Origin: Octopus sinensis
Lineage: Eukaryota
DNA: 15,914 nt
NCBI RefSeq assembly: GCF_006345805.1
Contig: NW_021825294.1
Coordinates: forward strand, 1-15,914
Direction of reading: 5' to 3'
Position numbers and translations under genes: made by a program
Shown: positions 9,690 through 15,914 of the stretch, piece after piece
How the letters are laid out: each line of letters starts with the position of its first letter
How positions within the stretch are numbered: the first letter of the stretch is position 1
Notes under the pieces: model-generated
What the model was told of the DNA's origin: nothing
Database searches by the model: none
Seen by the model: only the letters and a program-made list of their open reading frames with translations

Positions 9690-10050
9690 AAGATAATTGT
9701 ATATTATTGTTTGTTAAGGAGTTTATAATATTTGTGATTTAATGGGGAATATAAAGTAAATAAATTTAAAATGTGTGTGATATGTAAATTGAATTTAAAA
9801 CTACACGGTGGATTATACCACAGATATTTCCATTTATTTTATCTTCTAAAACATCGTTGTTGTCTTTAAGTTTGTAAAACTATTGCTCAATGCTTTGTTA
9901 TCACGGTGTGCTACGCTTTTGAAGAGGCTTCGTCCGAAGATATGAGCGATGTGCGTTGAGTAATGTTAGGAATAAGGTTTCTTAAATTGTTGGAGAATGG
10001 TTTGAATTATTTTTGATGTACTGTAATTTGCTACTAACTTTCTACTCCTA
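9690..10050 (-). pseudogene. Decayed Penelope-like retroelement ORF fragment (RT thumb/linker region)
   Basis: Manual minus-strand translation across frameshifts gives KLQYIKNNSNHSPTI (YIKNNSNHSP at 10020-9991), RNLIPNITQRTSLISSDE, NKALSNS, KYLWYNPP (WYNPP at 9820-9806), PLNHKYYKLLNK and NNIQLS. These follow the order of the YI..SNHPP..WFNPP..HKL.KIFN.N..K.SY motifs I recall from Penelope-like elements. Confidence 0.8.
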
Positions 10051-10835
10051 CACAACTTGTACATTTTCTCTTTATTATATGTGTCTTATGTTTAGTTGAT
10101 ATTCTCATAATCGTAATTTCGTTTCTCGTTGTTGAAAGCAAATTGATTTCGTGATTTTGTCTGAAGTCAGACGATTACAAATGATACTAACCCGAAATTA
10201 CAATTCTTGGATTAATTACCTTTGGATTTGTAGCCCTAATACTCACAGTTATCAGAATGTATTTCGTTTGCAAGCATCCAGAGAAGATATCTTGAATGAA
10301 GAAAAGTTACGTAGTGTGTATTCTTCTCACTTTCCTCATCAGCCTCGGTGAACGCGCAAAAAAGAAGTCATGAGAGTTGTTTTTTTTCTCCAATGACTAC
10401 TTCATTAAATAATATCTTAATACTTTTCAATTTCGTACTCTGAGTTTTTATTCAACTCAGCAGGTTTTACGCAGTATCAGTGAATGTATTACTCACTGTT
10501 TCCTTTATATCGGAGGGTACACACATTTCATCTAACCATGCCACTAGCAAGCATACGACATTGAGAGAGCCAAAAGCCGCCGAAATGCGATTGGCGTCCT
10601 CGTCTGCCATTGCTAGGATGATGTTCGTCTCGCTCCGGCATATTCTGTGACGCTGTGGTTTTAACTCAGGATATTCAACGAATAGATTTTCTCAGAACCC
10701 CATCCTTTATTACATTATACCTTTCAAAGCTTGATATACGTTTAGTATGATGGGTAATTAAATATAATTAAAGGTCTTTTCTTTTCGTTAAATTTTCTTT
10801 CACTCTATAAACTTTGCTAATTCGCCGCCTTAAAC

Positions 10836-10897
10836 ACGACGACGACGATGATGATGAGGACGGCAACGATGATGACGTAGATGATGATGATGATGTA

Positions 10898-10933
<36 letters not shown>

Positions 10934-10938
10934 AGACA

Positions 10939-10973
<35 letters not shown>

Positions 10974-10998
10974 AATGATGATGATGATGATGATGATG
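10836..10998. repeat. (GAC)/(GAT)n microsatellite
   Basis: Directly visible. Confidence 0.95.
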
Positions 10999-11304
10999 AA
11001 ACGCAACACATCCACTGCAATAAGCACTTAAAAATGTAGAAGACGACGATTCACGCAACATATACCAAACAAGATTAGGGTCCTTTAAAACAACATAACC
11101 TACATGACACGCACACGCACCCACACAATAAATAAAATCGCGAAGCCACATAAGAAAAACATTCTTGTGCGGTGCACCAACAGAATGAGTCTCTATTCAG
11201 CAATCTCTGTAAACAATAACGCAATGTTGCACGCATATAAAAAACACCGAGGCACACCGGGTGGCGCAGTTGAAACAGGCATGAAATTATCCAAGAGAAT
11301 AAAT

Positions 11305-11350
11305 AGTAATGATAATAATAATAATAATAAAATAAAAAATAATAATGATG

Positions 11351-11411
<61 letters not shown>

Positions 11412-11431
11412 CAACGATGACGACGACGACA

Positions 11432-11511
<80 letters not shown>
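11305..11511. repeat. (AAT)n-(GAT)n-(AAT)n array
   Basis: Directly visible. Confidence 0.95.
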
Positions 11512-11512
<1 letters not shown>

Positions 11513-11514
11513 GT

Positions 11515-11811
11515 AGAAAAGTTGAGAGATATGACAGGTTAGCTTTGGAAGTTAAGCAGTTGTGGTGGATGAAAAAGGTTGTAGTAGTACCAATAATTGT
11601 CTGAGCCCTGGTAAGAGTGAGCAAAAATCTTGTGAAGAACGTGGAACAAATACGGGCTGCAATAAAGGCTGAGCATTTGCAGAAAACAGCAGTGCTTGGG
11701 ACCGCTCGAATACTCCGGAAGGTGCTCAAAAAATAAGGTGTTACCTTAGTTCACTGGTATTGAACAGCTGACACTGTAGTACATCTCCAGCGTTAGAAGC
11801 TGTGCAAAGGC
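11515..11811 (+). mobile_element. 5'-truncated R4/Dong-type non-LTR retrotransposon 3' end (RLE C-terminus plus 3'UTR)
   Basis: Translates RKVERYDRLALEVKQLWWMKKVVVVPIIV*ALVRVSKNLVKNVEQIRAAIKAEHLQKTAVLGTARILRKVLKK* (internal TGA 11602-11604, stop 11734-11736). This matches the K..KY..L..LW..VVPIVIGALG..LQK.ALLGTARILR terminus of R4-clade elements. (TAA)n on both sides. Confidence 0.9.
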
Positions 11812-11830
11812 AATAAGAATAAGAATAATG

Positions 11831-11885
<55 letters not shown>

Positions 11886-11887
11886 TA

Positions 11888-11934
<47 letters not shown>

Positions 11935-12069
11935 TAATAATGATAATGATAATAATAATAAAATAATAATAATAACAATAATAATATAATAATAATAATA
12001 ATAATAATAACAATAATAATAATAATAATAATAATAATATAATAATAATATAATAATAATAATAACAAC

Positions 12070-12162
<93 letters not shown>

Positions 12163-12206
12163 AATGATAAAGATAACAACAACAACAATAGTAATGATAA
12201 TCATGG

Positions 12207-12237
<31 letters not shown>
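11812..12237. repeat. Long interrupted (AAT)n array ending in (GAT)n
   Basis: Directly visible. Confidence 0.95.
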
Positions 12238-12239
<2 letters not shown>

Positions 12240-12730
12240 CAAAACGTGGTATGCGCAAACCTTAGAGGGAGTCGCCGAGAATGAAGATTGCAAAAACCTG
12301 TAAGATGCAATTGTTCAATGCGATCACCTGACCAGATATCAGAAACTGGATATTGTTGTGGGGAAAAAAAGAGAGAAAGAACATGCATGATAATCGACAA
12401 AGCATGTTCCGGTGACAACAAGATCAAAGAGAAAGAAGAAGAAAAACTAAACAGTGGGAAATACGAAGGTTGTGGTCAATGAGGAGAGTAGACGTGGTGC
12501 CAATAGTAATTGGCGCACTTGAAAGTATCAGCACTCAACTACGAACATGGTTGAAAAAGATTGGTACAAATGTAGAGAGAGAATGCTTACAAAAATCAGC
12601 ATTGCTTGGAACTGCAAGAATTCTTCGCAGAGTTCTTGAAGCATAACCAGTAAAACAAGTGTTACCTCAGTCTGCTGGCACTGGACAGTTGACACATATC
12701 CAGCAAAATAAGCTGAGCGTTTTCATCAAC
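12238..12730 (+). mobile_element. 5'-truncated R4/Dong-type non-LTR retrotransposon (decayed RLE domain plus 3'UTR), second subfamily
   Basis: With one stop and two frameshifts: KTWYAQTLEGVAENEDCKNL*DAIVQCDHLTRYQKLDIVV / RERTCMIIDKACSGDNKIKEKEEEKL / WEIRRLWSMRRVDVVPIVIGALESISTQLRTWLKKIGTNVERECLQKSALLGTARILRRVLEA* (stop 12644-12646). KLDIVV..IID corresponds to a mutated PD..D nuclease motif. Ends directly in (TAA)n. Confidence 0.92.

Positions 12731-12797
<67 letters not shown>
12731..12797. repeat. (TAA)n microsatellite
   Basis: Directly visible pure run. Confidence 0.97.
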
Positions 12798-13161
12798 CCT
12801 TTCTACTCTAGGCACAAGACCTGAAATTTAGGGAAGGGGAATAGTCGCTTTCATCGACCACAGCTTTTCACTGGTACTTAATTTATCGACTCTGAAAGGA
12901 TGAAGGTCAAAGTCGACCCGGGTAGAATTTGAACTCAGAACGTAGCGGCAGACGAAATACCTATTTCTTCACTACCCACAAGGGGCTAAACACAGAGAGG
13001 ATAAACAAGGACAGACAAAGGGATTAAGTCGCCCAGCATGTAACTGGTACTTACTTAATCGACCCCGAAAGGATGAAAGGCAAAGTCGTCTTCGGCGGAA
13101 TTTGAACTCAGAACGTAGCGACAGACGAAATACTGCAAAGCGTTTCTCCCAGCTCGCCGCC
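12798..13161 (-). mobile_element. Tandem (dimeric) SINE family B
   Basis: Unit 1 (13161-12962) has the head, B box, core and CCCCTTGTGGG tail. Unit 2 (12961-12798) starts at GGTATTTCGTCTGCCGC, repeats the B box and core, and has a different tail. (TAA)n on both sides. Confidence 0.88.
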
Positions 13162-13165
13162 TTAC

Positions 13166-13229
<64 letters not shown>

Positions 13230-13239
13230 TGATGATGAT
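13166..13239. repeat. (AAT)n-(GAT)n microsatellite
   Basis: Directly visible. Confidence 0.95.
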
Positions 13240-13792
13240 GCCCTGATGCAGTGCCAGACAGTGGCTCTAATGGCTTCTGATCTTAAATGATAGGAAGTGT
13301 TATCATGTACATTGTTTTGTCTTGGTATAGAAGATGGGCTACAGCAAATATTCTGCTTAATACCACAGATTTGCTTGTCAGTTGTTTGACGTTTACTAGT
13401 TGTGCATGTCATTTTGTTAGCTGACGATATGTGCATTTCTGATCACGAGCAGAAGTAGCAGGGGAGAATCATAGCCATGTGTCGAGGGGAATTCTCTGGG
13501 GTTTGGATAATTCACCTTTGGAAACATGGGTGTTTCGTTTAACATCCTTAAACAGACCTTATTCAGGGACCTTTTGAGCGAGATGGGCTACTGGACCTGA
13601 AGAAAATTCTAACTGGGCCCCACCTGCAAGGTCATGCGCTGTTAATGTTGGTATGAGATCTCCATGTCCCGCACATATGGTTGTGAAGCATGTGCCTGGT
13701 GTTATCTTATCAGACGGGTAGTCATGATGGGTATACTGGGCTTCGTATATTTTACCCCAGAGTCACTTTTATGACATGCACTGTTCTCTCAC
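13240..13792 (+). mobile_element. ~550-bp non-coding element inserted in the (TAA)n array, probably a non-autonomous retroelement
   Basis: Complex sequence sharply bounded by (AAT/GAT)n and (AAT)n. No credible ORF and no tRNA head. Structured 3' end at 13721-13775. Single copy in this window, so repeat status and strand are inferred. Confidence 0.55.
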
Positions 13793-13801
13793 ATAATAAT
13801 G

Positions 13802-13881
<80 letters not shown>
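13793..13881. repeat. (AAT)n microsatellite
   Basis: Directly visible. Confidence 0.97.
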
Positions 13882-14050
13882 TCTTTTATTGTCCACAAGG
13901 GCCCAACACTTTGAAGATTACATCAAAAGACAAAATACAACGTACTAAAAATGGGGTTTACGTCGATGAAAAAGAGGAAACGGCGGCGAAAAGGGTATAA
14001 CAAAGGATATAAAAATAGAATTCAGGAAAAATATAAATAAAAAGAATCCT
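13881..14050 (-). mobile_element. Possible LINE 3'UTR remnant sharing its terminus with SINE B
   Basis: TTCTTTTATTGTCCACAAGGG (13881-13901) matches the SINE B tail TTCTTTATTGCCCACAAGGG (8594-8613), then diverges into sequence that is T-rich on the minus strand. Far boundary uncertain. Confidence 0.35.
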
Positions 14051-14153
14051 CAAAAGAGGAGCTGTTCTCCACAGGTAAATTCTGAGAATAATAATTTCCA
14101 GTACTGACGGTTTTCAGATTTTGGTATGGTTGCGAAGTTCAACGCCCTCAGTT

Positions 14154-14224
<71 letters not shown>

Positions 14225-14456
14225 ACCGCTGCTGCTGCTGCTGCTACTACTACTACTACTACTACTACTACTATACTACTACTACTACTACTACTAATAA
14301 TAATAATAATAACGAGAAGTAAAAGAAATTAACAAAGAACTTGTGGGGAGCAGTAATTGTAATGATAAGATGAGATCCGCCGCAACAACAATATGTGCAA
14401 TAATACCACCACTGCCACCACCACCACCACCACCACCAGCAACAACAACAATAACA
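14154..14456. repeat. (ACT)(GCT)(ACT)(AAT) array and (CAC)(AAC) tract
   Basis: Directly visible. Confidence 0.92.
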
Positions 14457-14671
14457 AAGGTGTTGTGTCTGCGAAAGTAATTACTCCTACCGAGATGCTT
14501 GATGCAATCAGATAGCTTGGGCTGTTTTTGAAATACGTGTGTTAGTCACGTGATAGGCTCTTCATCTTGGGTTACCGTTGACTTACCTCTTTTGCTCCAG
14601 ACGCTCAGGCATGTTCTGTGTATACGTGTAATCACAATACCAGGCAACAACAAGCATACCACGCAGGCGGA

Positions 14672-15156
14672 ACACACACACACACACACACACACATACA
14701 CACACACACACACACCAAACACACACACACACACACACACACACAAGCACATTCAGACAGACATGTAAGCAGGTGTATGTATATATGTATATGTGCATCT
14801 GTAACTGTGTATGTCGACGTGTGCGTGTGCATGTGTCTTTGTGTGTGTGTATATATATATATACACATACACACACATATATATATACATATATACACAC
14901 ATATACATATGTACATGTATCTATATCTGTACGTATGTGCGTGTGTGTGAGTGGGGGTGTGTGTACGAACAATAAGAATTCCACCTATATAGCGTGTCTA
15001 AGATATATATATATATAAATATATACATTATATTATATTATATTATATATATTACATCTTATATTATATTATATATATTATTTATTATATTATATTATAT
15101 TATATTATATTATATATATATTATATATTGTGTATATTATATATAGTATACTATTA

Positions 15157-15195
<39 letters not shown>

Positions 15196-15198
15196 TAT

Positions 15199-15230
<32 letters not shown>

Positions 15231-15255
15231 AATATATATATGTATATATATATAT
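14672..15255. repeat. (CA)n, (TG)/(TA) and (TATAT)n microsatellites
   Basis: Directly visible, with a pentameric TATAT tract at about 15028-15115. Confidence 0.9.
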
Positions 15256-15453
15256 AGTTTAATCCAAACATGAAAACACAACGACGCGAGGACGTGGAAC
15301 AAATATAGTATTATTGGACGCTCAGGAAGGAAGGGAAGAAGGAGGGTTTAACGTTTCGAGCGGAGCTCTTCGTCGGAAACATAGGAGAAGGAAAGATCCA
15401 GAGAAGGGAAGACAGAGGAAATAAAATCGCCAACGGTACACACGCGGTCACAT
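15256..15453 (-). mobile_element. Short Penelope-type (pseudo-LTR-like) repeat inserted in (TA)n
   Basis: Complex ~200-bp block between TA-rich microsatellites. Contains a minimal hammerhead motif and is related to 1126-1230. Confidence 0.65.
15346..15380 (-). ncRNA. Minimal type I hammerhead ribozyme-like motif (variant core)
   Basis: Minus-strand RNA GUUU-CCGACGA-A-GAGC-UCC-GCUC-GAAA-CG-UU-AAAC: stem I GUUU/AAAC, CUGANGA box with U4C, stem II GAGC/GCUC, GAAA box, palindromic AACGUU stem III region and a UH site. Confidence 0.65.
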
Positions 15454-15799
15454 TTATATGTATGTATATATACACTTATGTATGTATGCATGTAGAAATG
15501 TGTGTATACTTACATACAAACATGCATAGAAATTTGTGTTTGCGTGTTTGTTTGAAAGGTTAATTAAGAATAAGAAGCAAGTCTAAAAAATTGAAGAACT
15601 CAATACGGAATAGACTTTGAAATTACATATTACACAGAAGTAAAAGCCACTCTCGATCGATAAATGTGATTTGCTCTGTACGGGCTCTGATCAGACAACC
15701 TATCTAATTTCGCTGAAAGAACTTGTTGACAAAAAATGAAATTTATAACTTCATAAGTTTTTTAAAAAATCTCTTTTCAAATAATATTTCCTATTCCCT

Positions 15800-15802
<3 letters not shown>

Positions 15803-15840
<38 letters not shown>
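15803..15840. repeat. (CT)n microsatellite
   Basis: Directly visible. Confidence 0.97.
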
Positions 15841-15846
<6 letters not shown>

Positions 15847-15914
15847 TTGTCTCTCAGTTCAAACTGACAGACATTTTCTCTGTCGATTTGTACTGCAATC
15901 TATCAATTTATAAT

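Noticed and set aside
9915-9950. TTGAAGA-GG..CC-GAAG degenerate hammerhead-like motif on the plus strand
   Set aside because: Both boxes are broken, and the sequence is explained as the antisense of the Penelope-like coding relic.
122-15302. The ORFs in the supplied track (poly-I, poly-D, poly-N, YI/CV/HT repeats and similar)
   Set aside because: They are stop-free readings of microsatellites or SINEs. Only parts of 11104-11604 and 12288-12482 overlap real, decayed LINE coding sequence.
15803-15914. Strong-looking splice acceptor at 15857 with an open frame to the window end
   Set aside because: The pyrimidine tract is simply a (CT)n microsatellite, and the downstream stretch is too short to assess.
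1-15914. CRISPR arrays, operons or other prokaryotic systems
   Set aside because: There are no regularly spaced repeats with unique spacers and no gene-dense coding. The composition is that of an animal non-coding region.

Overview
This is an AT-rich, repeat-saturated animal intron or intergenic window. The SINE families and the very high di-/trinucleotide microsatellite density match what I recall of Octopus (coleoid cephalopod) genomes; this is an inference, not a database result. No intact protein-coding gene is visible, and the ORF track is almost entirely microsatellite artefact. The window holds: (i) four tRNA-derived SINE families (labelled A-D here), two copies with clean target-site duplications; (ii) two 5'-truncated, decayed R4/Dong-type restriction-like-endonuclease LINE ends inserted in (TAA)n arrays, plus a ~550 bp non-coding element in the same arrays; (iii) a decayed Penelope-like element ORF and a short Penelope-type repeat with a minimal hammerhead-ribozyme motif; (iv) a ~210 bp-arm fold-back duplication, a small MITE-like element and a candidate 15-nt micro-exon. 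The most interesting signals are RNA-structural: the minimal hammerhead at 15346-15380 (-) and a covarying 3'UTR stem-loop/pseudoknot shared by the TAA-targeting elements.
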